Shown: positions 44,935 to 54,778 of the stretch, one piece after another
Numbering within the stretch: position 1 is the stretch's first letter
Layout: every line of letters starts with the position of its first letter
Program-made: the position numbers and the translations under genes
Notes under the pieces: model-generated
Database searches by the model: none
The model's input: the letters and a program-made list of their open reading frames with translations, nothing else
What the model was told of the DNA's origin: nothing
Source of the DNA: a virus
Lineage: Duplodnaviria; Caudoviricetes
Virus record (IMG/VR): IMGVR_UViG_3300044809_000038
Span: 1 to 58,968 of that record
DNA: 58,968 bases
Reading direction: 5' to 3' (one strand)

Positions 44935-47825
44935 ACCAGGCTCCCCGCGGCGAGTGTCTTGTTCGTCATGCCCAGGCGGGCAGCCTGCGGACTCGTCGCG
45001 ACGACTCGCGAACCGCCGGCCCCCAGCGCCCGACCCATCGCGGCGGCGGACTGTGCCGCGAACTGGAACGGGTCCGTCCCCGGCAGCATCTGGTTGGTCT
45101 GGTGCACGATGATCGGCGAGCTCGCGCCGCCCTGCGCCGCGCTGGTCGCACCGAGACCGGCCAGGTTGACCTGGGCACCGACGTCCCCGCCGAACGCGCC
45201 GGCCACGGTGTCGCTGACGCCGGCCAGGAAGCTCTCCAGCGGACCCATCTGCTGCTTGAGGCCGTGCAGGAAGCCCTCCAGGACCGCGTTGCCGTGCGGG
45301 ACGAGCAGCTGGCGGTCGAACTCCAGCGGACCCTTGTGCGCCTGGATCCAGTTGGCGATGCCACCGAAGAAGTTCTTGACCGCATCGAAGGCGGACTCCA
45401 GTCCGTGCAGGAAGCCCTCGATGATGGCCTTGCCGGCGTTGAGCAGGATCGAGCCGACGTCGCCGAGCGCGCGCAGGATCTTGCCGCCGATGCCGCCGAC
45501 GAAGCTGATCACGTGGCCGATGCCGTCGGACACCGCGTTGGAGACGTTGTTCCAGACATCCCGGAAGAAGCCGACGATAGGCCCGAAGACCGCACGCACC
45601 TGGCCGACGATGCCGTTCCAGACCGACGACAGGAAGCCGCTGATCACGTTCCACACGGCAGTGACGACCTCTTTGACGCCCGCCCAGATCGAGGAGAACA
45701 GGGCGACGATCGGATCCCACACGGCGTGGAAGATCGCGAGAATGCCGGCCCACACCGCACCGAGGAAACCCAGGATCGCGCCCCACACGATCTGCACCGC
45801 TGCGGTGACCGCGTCCCAGATTATCTTGAAGCCGATCACCAGCGGATCCCACACCGCGTGGAACACAATCAGAATGCCGGCCCACACGGCCTTCAGTACG
45901 CCGAGTATCACATTCCAGGCAGCGATCGTTCCATCCTTGATCGCATTCCACACGGCGATGGCGATAATCGCGATGCCGCCGAATACGATGATGAACAAAT
46001 CCTTGATGATCGCAATGATGTCACCGAGAATGTGAACGATCGGCTCCCAGATCGGCCTCGTCGCGGCGACGATCTTCTGCCATATCTCGGTGAGCACGCG
46101 GGCCACGGTGTCCCAGGCCGATCGGATCGCCCCAGTGATCGTATTCCACAGACCCGTAAAGAAGCTGGCGATCGAGTTCCAGGCACCCACGATGGCGCCC
46201 GTAATGGCGTTCCACAGGTCGGTGAAGAAGCCGGCGATCGAACTCCACACGGCACGGGCAACAGCCAGGATGGCGCGCCACACGTCGGTCAGGAAGCCGA
46301 GAACGCTCTTCCAGTTCTTGATCAGCAGGAACACGGCGACGCCGACAACAGCGATCGCGGCGACGATGGCGGCGACGATGAGCGTGATCGGTGCCGTCAG
46401 GATGGCGATCACGACTTCGAGCGCCGAGCCGGCCACGGTGGCCACGACCTCGGCGATGCTGAATCCGAGCAGGGCCGTGCGCGCGATGGTGAAGAACTCG
46501 GCGACAGTCTTCAGGATCGAGAACAGCTTGAAGGCGCCGATCAGCCCCACGGTGATGCCGGTCAGCACCGTGGTGGCGGTGGCGTGCTGGCCCATCAGGG
46601 TGGTGAGTCCGTTGAGTAGTGGCGACACCGCCGTGATCGCGCCGACCAGCAGGACGCCGAGCGCGTTGGCCAGGGTGACGACGAACGGCGACAGGTTGAC
46701 CAGCGTCGAGGCCAGCACCTGGAGCAGCTTGAGTAGCACGGGCCCCAGGTTGTTGCCGATCGCCGCCATGGCCGCGCCGATCGCCTGGAGCGCGGCCTGC
46801 CCCTGGGCCGACCTGAGGAACGCGGCCATCTGACCAGTAAGCGATCCGAGCACGGACAGGAAGTTGCCGCCCTGGCTGCCCAGGCCCTGGAGGATGGTAA
46901 TGACGATCGAGCCGACGTTCACCACGACGGTGAGCAGCTGCTTGAACGCCACGACGCCCTGCTGGATGAACTGGGCCAGCTGGCCCGAGTCGCGGGCGCG
47001 CTGCACGAAGTCGGCCAGCTTCTGGGTGGCCCGGCCGGCGTTGGCGGTGATGTCGGCGAACGAGCCGGCCGCCACCACGGTCAGGTTCTGGAAGATCGAG
47101 AGCAGCGGCCTGATCGCGTTCGACAGGTTGAACACCGCAGCCTGGCCCGAGTTGAACACCGCGGCCAGGTCGGCCTTCGTCCCGGCCTGCTGAAAGAACT
47201 GCGCGAAGAAATGGCCGGCCCGGTTGAGGCTCGCGGCGAAGCCGTCCATCCCGGTGCGGACGATCGGCAGCACCTGCACGCCGAGCGACTTCAGCTCGCC
47301 GGCCATCCCCTCGAACAGGGTGTTCTGCACGTCGAGGCGCAGCCCCTTGAGCGCGGGCTGCATCTTCTGGAAGGCGATCGCCGTGGCCGCCGCGTTCGGA
47401 GCCAGGTTCTTCAGGTCGGCGGCGAACTTCTTGGTGTTGCCGACGTCGGTGAGCGCTTTGCCGAAGCCCTTCATGCCGACGACCAGGGTGGCCATCGCGC
47501 CACCGGCGGCGGCGAACACGCCCGGTATCAGGCCAACAACGCCCACAACAGGCAGCAGCGCGTTGGCCAGCTGCGGCGCGATCGCCACCAGCTCGGTGAT
47601 CGCCGACGCCCTGACGGCGGCCCACAGGCCGGTGAAGATCGCGCCGGCCTGTTTGGCGAACGCGCTGAGGTTGTTCTTGTTCTTGTTCAGTCCAGGCTTC
47701 AGCTCGTCGCCGGTGAGCGACTTCTCCAGGTCCTTCTTGATGCTCGCGCCGGTACTGGTGCTGAAGCCTGTCGTGTCGGACGTGACCTTGACGGCGGCCG
47801 TGCCGATGATGCGCGCGCCGGCCAT
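44931..47825 (-). CDS. Tape measure protein
   Basis: 964 aa, Ala/Gly-rich helical, Trp repeats with ~11-residue period. Confidence 0.9.
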   Translation of the reverse strand: MAGARIIGTAAVKVTSDTTGFSTSTGASIKKDLEKSLTGDELKPGLNKNKNNLSAFAKQAGAIFTGLWAAVRASAITELVAIAPQLANALLPVVGVVGLIPGVFAAAGGAMATLVVGMKGFGKALTDVGNTKKFAADLKNLAPNAAATAIAFQKMQPALKGLRLDVQNTLFEGMAGELKSLGVQVLPIVRTGMDGFAASLNRAGHFFAQFFQQAGTKADLAAVFNSGQAAVFNLSNAIRPLLSIFQNLTVVAAGSFADITANAGRATQKLADFVQRARDSGQLAQFIQQGVVAFKQLLTVVVNVGSIVITILQGLGSQGGNFLSVLGSLTGQMAAFLRSAQGQAALQAIGAAMAAIGNNLGPVLLKLLQVLASTLVNLSPFVVTLANALGVLLVGAITAVSPLLNGLTTLMGQHATATTVLTGITVGLIGAFKLFSILKTVAEFFTIARTALLGFSIAEVVATVAGSALEVVIAILTAPITLIVAAIVAAIAVVGVAVFLLIKNWKSVLGFLTDVWRAILAVARAVWSSIAGFFTDLWNAITGAIVGAWNSIASFFTGLWNTITGAIRSAWDTVARVLTEIWQKIVAATRPIWEPIVHILGDIIAIIKDLFIIVFGGIAIIAIAVWNAIKDGTIAAWNVILGVLKAVWAGILIVFHAVWDPLVIGFKIIWDAVTAAVQIVWGAILGFLGAVWAGILAIFHAVWDPIVALFSSIWAGVKEVVTAVWNVISGFLSSVWNGIVGQVRAVFGPIVGFFRDVWNNVSNAVSDGIGHVISFVGGIGGKILRALGDVGSILLNAGKAIIEGFLHGLESAFDAVKNFFGGIANWIQAHKGPLEFDRQLLVPHGNAVLEGFLHGLKQQMGPLESFLAGVSDTVAGAFGGDVGAQVNLAGLGATSAAQGGASSPIIVHQTNQMLPGTDPFQFAAQSAAAMGRALGAGGSRVVATSPQAARLGMTNKTLAAGSLV

Positions 47826-47829
47826 GGCG

Positions 47830-48192
47830 CTACCGGGCCGGCTGGGCGGTCGGACCGCGGTCGGGCATGACGGGCGCCTCCTGGGCTGCGGCGAACGTCC
47901 CGGCCATCGACTGGTGCTCGGGCAGCAGACCCCAGGTGTCCGGATCCGGTGCAGCCCGAGTGCCGGCGACGATCAGCCGTTTGTTCAGCTGCTCGATGAT
48001 CTCGTGCGGTGCATCCGCCAGGATGGCGTACACGGCGTCGAGCCAGCCACCGCAGTCGCCACGCAAGTCGAAGTCGGCCAGGGCCAGCCGGCCGCGCACG
48101 TAGGGCCCGAGGGTCGAGCTGCGGGTGACCGCCAGCGAAACTAGGACGCTGACGGTGCCGTAGGGCGGTTGGCCGCCAGCCCGATGATCCAC
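47830..48192 (-). CDS. Tail assembly chaperone, second ORF (possible frameshift extension)
   Basis: Overlaps the first chaperone ORF in the -1 frame; precedes the tape measure. Confidence 0.55.
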   Translation of the reverse strand: MDHRAGGQPPYGTVSVLVSLAVTRSSTLGPYVRGRLALADFDLRGDCGGWLDAVYAILADAPHEIIEQLNKRLIVAGTRAAPDPDTWGLLPEHQSMAGTFAAAQEAPVMPDRGPTAQPAR

Positions 48193-48758
48193 TTGCCGAT
48201 GTCGGCAAGATCCTCGGCGTCGATCACCGCCGTCTCGTCCTGCTCCATCAGGTAGTTCCAGCGGCGCCGCGAGCTGCCCGCCTCGACCGCCAGGAAGCCC
48301 TTCAGGGTGCCCTCGTCGCTCAGCAGGTAGATCTTGCCGTCCGGCCCGCGATAGGCCGGCTCGTACACCTGGGCGGCCGGAACGTCGGCCGGTGTCGTCG
48401 GCCAGGGCACCAGGGAGCCGTCGTCCTCCCGGTACGCCGTTGTGCCGACCGGCACGCTATCGGTGTCCTGCGGCACGACCACGCCGAGCAGGTCGCCGGC
48501 CGTCTTCTCGGGCAGCGGTGTCGGCTTCCACTGCGCCGGCACGCCGTCATCGTTGACGAGCGACTTCTTGATGAGGCCGATCATCGCCTTGACCGCCTGC
48601 TCGCCTTCGCCGCCCGACATGGCCATCAGCATGTCGGTGGCGCTCAGGCGTGGCGCGACCTTGAACCGCAGTGCCTCCCGTACGCCGTTACGCTCCAGCC
48701 AGAGCTCGAACTCGTCACGGGCTACGGGAGTCGCGACGCGCTTGCCGAATGTCTTCAT
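48141..48758 (-). CDS. Tail assembly chaperone
   Basis: Position; ends ANRPTAPSAS. Confidence 0.6.
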   Translation of the reverse strand: MKTFGKRVATPVARDEFELWLERNGVREALRFKVAPRLSATDMLMAMSGGEGEQAVKAMIGLIKKSLVNDDGVPAQWKPTPLPEKTAGDLLGVVVPQDTDSVPVGTTAYREDDGSLVPWPTTPADVPAAQVYEPAYRGPDGKIYLLSDEGTLKGFLAVEAGSSRRRWNYLMEQDETAVIDAEDLADIGKWIIGLAANRPTAPSAS

Positions 48759-48772
48759 GTCATTCCTATTCT

Positions 48773-49264
48773 CTACGCGCCGAAGCCCATTTCCAGGCCG
48801 CGAGTAATGAAGTCGTTCGACTTCGTGCCAGGGTGATGCACAACGGTCGCGAATACGACCCGGCCGCCGGACACGAATCGCAGATGCGTGTTCTGGACTC
48901 TCTTGCGCTTCACCTTGTGACCCTTGATTTCGGGGCCCTCGAATACCTTGACCATGTGGGCGCCGCGCGGCGTGATGATGTGCGGCACGGTGCCGTCGAG
49001 AATGTAGCCCAGGTAGGGCGTGAGACTGGAGCTACCGACGGTGATCGTCATGCTGACCTGGCTGGCCGAGCTGCGACTGAAGGCCAGCGGCTGCTTGCGC
49101 ACGGTGGCGGCCAGTAGGCCCGTCATCCGCGGTGTCTCGCCCCTGATCGCCAGGTGCACGCGGTCGCCGCGCCGCTCGACCTCGTGCGCCAGCGGCCCGA
49201 TCGGGTCCATCCAGAAGGCGTCGAGCAGCTCCCGGCTGATGTCGACCTTGACCTTGGCGGCCAT
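48773..49264 (-). CDS. HK97 gp10-like neck/tail completion protein
   Basis: PRMTGLL, YILDGT.PH, VHHPGTKSNDFI. Confidence 0.7.
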   Translation of the reverse strand: MAAKVKVDISRELLDAFWMDPIGPLAHEVERRGDRVHLAIRGETPRMTGLLAATVRKQPLAFSRSSASQVSMTITVGSSSLTPYLGYILDGTVPHIITPRGAHMVKVFEGPEIKGHKVKRKRVQNTHLRFVSGGRVVFATVVHHPGTKSNDFITRGLEMGFGA

Positions 49265-49800
49265 CAGCTCAGGTCCATCGCGCTGATGTAGAACGGGCAG
49301 TTCACGGCGACGTAGCCGCCCTGCGGGCCCTTCGTGGTGACGATGCCGGGCCGGACGATCGCGCCGACCGCCAGCCCGTGGCGCAGCTCGGCGGCGAACG
49401 CGACTGTGGCCTGGCTCATGAGGCCGCAGTCGCGCAGGTACGACAGGCCGAACTCGTTGAGCGCCGCCAGGTCGGGTACGCCGTTCTTGAGGCCGGTCGT
49501 CGGTAGGCAGCGCAGCAGCTCGATCTCGTAGACGGCGTGCCGGGTCACCAGGGCCATGGCGTTCGCGCCGACCTGCACGTTCTGGGGGTAGCTCTCCTCG
49601 GCCACGCCCCAGGCGATGCCCTGGAGGCACACCGTGAGCTGCTCGGCGTCCCACGCGACGTCGTTCGGGTCGCCGGCCGCGACGTACTGCCGGGCCGGTA
49701 GCGCGTTCGCGGTCGGACCGGCGGCGAAGTGGTCGTTGATCGTGTCCAGCAGTGACTGGGCCAGTGTGTCGACCCGCAGGCCGGTGCCGAGACTCGTCAC
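49264..49800 (-). CDS. Head-tail connector / tail terminator-like protein
   Basis: Position; ELLRCLP, GPQGG. Confidence 0.6.
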   Translation of the reverse strand: MTSLGTGLRVDTLAQSLLDTINDHFAAGPTANALPARQYVAAGDPNDVAWDAEQLTVCLQGIAWGVAEESYPQNVQVGANAMALVTRHAVYEIELLRCLPTTGLKNGVPDLAALNEFGLSYLRDCGLMSQATVAFAAELRHGLAVGAIVRPGIVTTKGPQGGYVAVNCPFYISAMDLS

Positions 49801-50090
49801 AGCGCCTCCCGTACGGCATCCAGGGCGGCCAGGCTGCTGTCGAGCTCCTCGTCAGCGGGCGCAACCGGTATGGCCGGTGCCGATGGCCGGCGAGCGGTCG
49901 TCGGGCGCTTGACGGGCTTCCTGGCTGCCTTCTTCGCGGCCGGCTTCCGGGTCGCCTTGGCTGGCGCCTTCGGTGCCGGCGTCGCGGCGGCCGGCTCGGC
50001 TGCCCTCGGCAGCGGTAGGGGCTCGACGAAGACGGGCGCGGCCGGGAACACCGCCACATGCGGGCTGAACGGGTCGTACCCCTGATTCAT
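49797..50090 (-). CDS. Small Ala/Pro/Lys-rich (histone H1-like) protein, leaderless
   Basis: PKAPAKATRKPAAKKAARKPVKR; ATG 7 nt after TAGACT. Confidence 0.55.
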   Translation of the reverse strand: MNQGYDPFSPHVAVFPAAPVFVEPLPLPRAAEPAAATPAPKAPAKATRKPAAKKAARKPVKRPTTARRPSAPAIPVAPADEELDSSLAALDAVREAL

Positions 50091-50097
50091 GCACCGG

Positions 50098-50126
50098 AGT
50101 CTAGCAAGACACCCCTCTACGGGGAG
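50098..50126 (-). promoter_or_regulatory. -10 TAGACT with palindrome shifted 6 nt upstream
   Basis: CACCCCtctacGGGGAG at 50110-50126. Confidence 0.5.
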
Positions 50127-50911
50127 TGAATGCCCGTGGGCAGGTCGGGCGAGTAGACGCGCGCCCGCTGGTGTCGGCCGCCCGGATTCACCGCCTGTAG
50201 CCACAGGTCGACCCGGTAGATGCCGGTCTGGTTCAGTGGCAGGAACGTCATCGGGTCGAGCACCGCGAAGCTCACGCCCTGACGGGTGATCGAGGTGACA
50301 CGCTCGGGCAGCTTGCAGTCCAGGCCCAGATCCGACTTCGCGAACTCGCCGGCCAGCAGGCACGCCGCGCCGATGCCGCCGGGCGGTGGCGCCTTGCCGA
50401 AGCTGTAGGTGACGACGATGTTCTGGGCCGACAGCGACCACGGCAGGTTGTCCAGGCGCTCCAGCCAGCCGTTCGGCGACAGCCGCCAAATGGACGGGTC
50501 GAGCGTGACCCCGCCGACCACCACGCTCGACACAGCGGTGATCGCGCCGCGCGGCAGCCTGATCGCCATCGGCTGCAAGCTGGTCGCCGTGAACATGTTC
50601 ATCGGCGGGAACAGCCAGTTGTCCATGAACGTGCCGGCCGGTATCCAGCCCCAGCGACCCCACGTGCGCTGGTAGGGCCAGTTGCCCTGGCCGGCGCCCT
50701 GCGGGAACTGGCGCAGCACTGCGGTCTCGGTGCAGGCGCCCGCACCGAGCCAGCGCCGGCCCGACAGCATGTAGAGCAGCTCGCTGGCCTGGAGCAGGTA
50801 CATCGACCACTGGTCGGGAGTGACGTTCTCCAGCTCGCCGACCAGCGCGCTCGGCAGGTCGGAGGGAGTCGCCCAAGGCCGACACAGCAGGTTGGCTGCT
50901 GGGCTGCTCAT
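50117..50911 (-). CDS. Head-to-tail adaptor
   Basis: ASELLYMLSGRRW, CKLPERVTSITRQGVS, VDLWLQAVNP. Confidence 0.75.
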   Translation of the reverse strand: MSSPAANLLCRPWATPSDLPSALVGELENVTPDQWSMYLLQASELLYMLSGRRWLGAGACTETAVLRQFPQGAGQGNWPYQRTWGRWGWIPAGTFMDNWLFPPMNMFTATSLQPMAIRLPRGAITAVSSVVVGGVTLDPSIWRLSPNGWLERLDNLPWSLSAQNIVVTYSFGKAPPPGGIGAACLLAGEFAKSDLGLDCKLPERVTSITRQGVSFAVLDPMTFLPLNQTGIYRVDLWLQAVNPGGRHQRARVYSPDLPTGIHSP

Positions 50912-50956
50912 GGTCGACTCCCTCCGGTTTCAATGCCTTTCCTGCCGCTGTAGAGC

Positions 50957-51868
50957 CTACGGGCTGATGACCGCCGCGGTGCCCGGCATCGTGCCGAACG
51001 TCGCCGTGATCGTCGCCGAGCCGGCCGACACGCCCTGCGCGAGACCGCCCGAGCCGACGACGATGCTGGCCGGGTTGGAGCTCGTCCAGGCCGCGATGCT
51101 GGTGACGTCGCGGACCGTGCTGTCGCTCATGTGCGCCTTGGCCAGCAGCTGCGCCTCGGCGTCCAGGGCGACGTGCGACGTAGCCGGCGTGACCGTCACG
51201 CTCGTGACGGTCGGCGGGACCGGCACATTCGCGTAGCCCTGGGACAGGTTCGGGATCGTCGACACACGCGCGTACTGCCACACGCGCGACGAGTCCCACT
51301 GCCACAGGCCGTCGGGACCGGCGCCCCAGTTCGGGTTCTGTTGCGCGTCGGCCGCAAACTCCGGGATGCCGGCGTTGGCGGCTTCCAGCTTGGTGTCCGC
51401 CGACAGGGTGAAGCTCGTGCACCGCGGGAACACCCACCAGAAGTACGGGTACTGGTTGGCGAACGCGCCGTCCTGCACGGCCCGCGTATACAGCTCCAGG
51501 CTGACGCCGTTCGGGTTCGGGGTCGACCCGATCGCCGGTGCCTGGTAGCCCACCTCGACGTTGTTCACGTCGAGCAGGATGTTGCCGCCCAGCAGGAACT
51601 GCAAGATGATCGGGTCGGGCACACACACCTGCATGGAGGCGATGTGGGCGCCCGACAGGCTGGCCGGCGCCGCGTAGCTCACGCAGACCTGGCCGGCGCC
51701 GTTCTCCTGGGTGACGATGTTCGGCTTGGTGTAGTCCAGGCCGGTGGACACCGTGACCAGCGAGCTCGACATGTAGCAGCTCGTCGTGCCGGGAATCGGG
51801 GCCCCCGACGCGTCGAGCTTCGTCACCCGGAAGCCCAGCGCGAACAGGGTTCCAGAACCGTCGTACAT
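50957..51868 (-). CDS. Major tail protein with C-terminal Ig-like domain
   Basis: RVTKLDASGAP, YFWWVFP, NPNWGAGP; WTSSNP...GSATITA. Confidence 0.85.
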   Translation of the reverse strand: MYDGSGTLFALGFRVTKLDASGAPIPGTTSCYMSSSLVTVSTGLDYTKPNIVTQENGAGQVCVSYAAPASLSGAHIASMQVCVPDPIILQFLLGGNILLDVNNVEVGYQAPAIGSTPNPNGVSLELYTRAVQDGAFANQYPYFWWVFPRCTSFTLSADTKLEAANAGIPEFAADAQQNPNWGAGPDGLWQWDSSRVWQYARVSTIPNLSQGYANVPVPPTVTSVTVTPATSHVALDAEAQLLAKAHMSDSTVRDVTSIAAWTSSNPASIVVGSGGLAQGVSAGSATITATFGTMPGTAAVISP

Positions 51869-51887
51869 GATCTCTCCTCCTGTTCGC

Positions 51888-52766
51888 TCAGCCGAGTCCG
51901 GCGGTGCTGACCTGGGCGGCGAAGTGCACGCACGGGTCGAATGTGGCCGCGAAGTAGCGCTGGGCCCAGATCTCCCGCGTGTTCATGCCGCGGTTGATGG
52001 TCTGTACCTCCGTGTCGAGCACGTCGATTGTCGACGTGCGCACCGTGACCGGGCCGGTGGCGTAGATCCACACGGCGGCGGCCGGCAGTGCCCCGGTCGG
52101 GCCGGTGCCGGGGTAGCCGGCGTCGACCACCACGACGGAGTCCTGCTCGGTCAGCAGCAGAGATCCCTCGCGCCGGAAGTTGTACGGGTCGAGCTGGGCC
52201 ATCGTGCTGGGCATGTGAATGAAGATCTGCTGCCCGCGCGACGCTGCCCTGGCTGCCTGCTCCAGCGCGCCCAGTGCCTCGGCCGGCGACGTGTACGCCG
52301 TCCCACTGTTGATCTGTGTCGCCGTCGAGCTGGCCAGCCAGTAGTTCATGGTCTGGGTGCCCGTGGGCGTCACGTACGGATCGGTCTGCGTCTCAGTGCC
52401 CGACCACAGCTCGGCCGCCACGGCGTAGTCGGTGGCGGCGTCGCACTGCCGGCGCGCCTTGTCCAGGTCGACGTCGCGCACCTGCCGGGTCGGGCAGATG
52501 TGGACGACCCGGAACGCGGGTGGCCGGCAGTAGACGAGGTCTTCGGGGTCGGGCGTCGGGAAGCTCCCGATGTCCTGGCACTGGCTGAAGGTCTGCGGCT
52601 CAATGCAGATCTCGGGTCGCCAGGCGAAGCCCTGCTCCCAGCGCTCACCGGGATTGTCGGGCGCGACGGCCGACGCGAGTAGCCCCAGGCGCGGCGGCTT
52701 CGCGTGCACGCCCTCGACAGGCTGGAATGCGTTGAACGTGGGGCTGAATGGTTGCGCGGCGCTCAT
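51888..52766 (-). CDS. Capsid pentamer-type protein
   Basis: Follows the major capsid gene; RWEQG, VAAELWSG, WIYATGPV. Confidence 0.65.
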   Translation of the reverse strand: MSAAQPFSPTFNAFQPVEGVHAKPPRLGLLASAVAPDNPGERWEQGFAWRPEICIEPQTFSQCQDIGSFPTPDPEDLVYCRPPAFRVVHICPTRQVRDVDLDKARRQCDAATDYAVAAELWSGTETQTDPYVTPTGTQTMNYWLASSTATQINSGTAYTSPAEALGALEQAARAASRGQQIFIHMPSTMAQLDPYNFRREGSLLLTEQDSVVVVDAGYPGTGPTGALPAAAVWIYATGPVTVRTSTIDVLDTEVQTINRGMNTREIWAQRYFAATFDPCVHFAAQVSTAGLG

Positions 52767-52827
52767 GTGTCACCTCCTTCGGTGATCGGGCGCCGGCCGA
52801 TTGGACTTCGGCCGGCGCCGGGACACG

Positions 52828-54633
52828 TCAGGAGTTGATGAACGCGGCGTTGATCGTGCCCACCGTGGCGCCGGTCGGCTGGCCGGTGAACATGCCCAGG
52901 CGCAGCGACTCGATACCGCGGAAGGCCAGGCCCTCGAAGTTCTCGGTGAAGGTGCGGTACCGGTTGCGCGCGTTGAGCGCCGAGTCCCGCACCAGGCCCA
53001 GGTCGAGGGTGCCGCCGTCGAGGTACAGCCAGTCGCCGGTCGCGTACAGCGCCGAGTCGACCATGGTCGGGAACAGCGGGACGACCGCGCCGGCCGCGCC
53101 GTTGTTGTAGAACTGCTGCGGGATGGTCTGGCCCGCCGAGCCGCCGACCTGCGTCGAGGACAGGCCGTCCAGGTGCCACACGACGTTGACGCCGCGCGCC
53201 CGGAACCAGCCCATGATCATCTCGTCAGCGACGGCCATGGCCTCCAGGTCGTAGCTGAAGCCGCGCGTCATGTCCGCCCGGACCAGGTCCAGGACCCAGC
53301 GCGGCGCGACCCACGTCAGCGGCACCATCGTGTCGAGGCGGTGCCGGTTGCGGTAGTAGGCCACGGCCCGGTCCATCGTCACCAGAATGTCGCGCGCCGA
53401 GCTGACGTTGCCGCCGTTGCTGGTGGCGCCGGGCTGCACGAACGTCGCGCCCGGACCGAGCATCAGCTTCGAGCCGGGGTCACCAGTCTGGGTGCCGTCG
53501 GTCGAACCGTTCAGCAGCCTGGTCAGCAGCTGGTTCTCGGCGAACCGCGCCGCCGCGACCAGCGCGGCCTGCGTGGTGGCGTCGGCCCACTCCGGGTCGA
53601 ACCGGCTGGTGAAGTTCGGGAACTCCAGGCACAGGTACGTGCTGTAGACGCTGGCCGACAGCAGGCCGGGGCAGTTGACGACCGCGCAGCCCTTCTGGGT
53701 GGCTGCGTCGGAGCTGGACACGTTGACGTCGTCCGTCGCCGTCCAGATACCGAGACCGCCCGTGTGGCCCGACTCGCCGAGCACGTCGGAACCGAGCGCG
53801 TCGAACGGCGGCCGATAGGTGATGCCGCCGCGCTCCACCTGGAACCGGTTGAGCGAATTCATCACCGGTCGGTTGGTGATGCCGATGTTGTCGATGTCGT
53901 ACAGGATCTCCAGCGGTGCGCAGTACCCGCCGGCCGCGACGATCGCCGTCGGCTCCTGGCCGGCCTCGATCTTCCGGGTGTTCGTCGCCCAGGTCGCGTC
54001 CTTCTGGAGTACGCGGTCCTCGGGGTAGGTGAGCTGGAAGCTCACCACGTCGTGGCGGCTGCCATCAGAGCCGGCGCCCGAGACGAACACGGCGTTCATC
54101 TTGTTGGCCATAGCCTCGGCGAGCTGCTCGCGGTCGACCTCGGCGCCCGTGGTGAAGTGCGGCACGTTGCCGGACAGGACCCGCTTGGCGTTGATGACGC
54201 CTACGGCCGTCTCGGGTGAGCGCGCCTGGGTGGCGGCGCCGAGCGGTGCCCGCCCGGCCGCTGCGGTGACCGCGGTCGTGCCGTCGGGCTTCTTGCTGGT
54301 GGGACTGGTCTTGTGGCCCTTGGACTCCTCCAAGTCCTGCGCCAGGTCGCCGTCGATCGGGTCGCCGCCGTTGTCCGACTTCATCGCCAGGTCGGCGTCA
54401 GCGGTGCCGACCTCGGCGAGCGCGGCGGCGCGGCTGGCGGCCAGCTCGGCGCGCCGGCTCAGCTCGGCCTTGATCTGCTTCGCCTGGTCGGCGTAGCCCA
54501 CCAGCGTGTCGACGTCTTCCTTCGAGGTCGCGGCGGACAGCTCGGCTGCCTGCCCCTGAAGGTGCGTCAGCCCCGCGGACAGTTCGGCGTCGGTCGCCTT
54601 GTCCAGTGCGGCGAGAAGGGCTTCGATATCCAC
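52828..54633 (-). CDS. Major capsid (hexamer) protein with N-terminal scaffold region
   Basis: Coiled-coil N-terminus; AAGGYCAP, RGGITY, LDLGLVRDS.LN.RN.Y..F.E.FEG. Confidence 0.85.
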   Translation of the reverse strand: MDIEALLAALDKATDAELSAGLTHLQGQAAELSAATSKEDVDTLVGYADQAKQIKAELSRRAELAASRAAALAEVGTADADLAMKSDNGGDPIDGDLAQDLEESKGHKTSPTSKKPDGTTAVTAAAGRAPLGAATQARSPETAVGVINAKRVLSGNVPHFTTGAEVDREQLAEAMANKMNAVFVSGAGSDGSRHDVVSFQLTYPEDRVLQKDATWATNTRKIEAGQEPTAIVAAGGYCAPLEILYDIDNIGITNRPVMNSLNRFQVERGGITYRPPFDALGSDVLGESGHTGGLGIWTATDDVNVSSSDAATQKGCAVVNCPGLLSASVYSTYLCLEFPNFTSRFDPEWADATTQAALVAAARFAENQLLTRLLNGSTDGTQTGDPGSKLMLGPGATFVQPGATSNGGNVSSARDILVTMDRAVAYYRNRHRLDTMVPLTWVAPRWVLDLVRADMTRGFSYDLEAMAVADEMIMGWFRARGVNVVWHLDGLSSTQVGGSAGQTIPQQFYNNGAAGAVVPLFPTMVDSALYATGDWLYLDGGTLDLGLVRDSALNARNRYRTFTENFEGLAFRGIESLRLGMFTGQPTGATVGTINAAFINS

Positions 54634-54644
54634 TTCGCACTCCT

Positions 54645-54740
54645 AGATGCTCACGGTCGGATGGCGGGCCAGCGGTCGCTAGGCGATCCGTGAGCATCTG
54701 GCACTAGGTGCCGGCTGCTGCCCTACTGGTGAGCAGCATA
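54645..54740 (-). promoter_or_regulatory. Capsid promoter (-10 TATGCT) and structured 5' leader
   Basis: 12-bp stem agatgctcacgg/ccgtgagcatct ending at the AGGAG RBS. Confidence 0.5.
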
Positions 54741-54778
54741 CGAGCACCGGTGACGGTTGGGGTGCAGTGTCGCGTGGA

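Noticed and set aside
45400-46330. Repetitive, lower-GC stretch as a separate repeat element
   Set aside because: Encodes the normal Trp-periodic repeats of the tape measure protein
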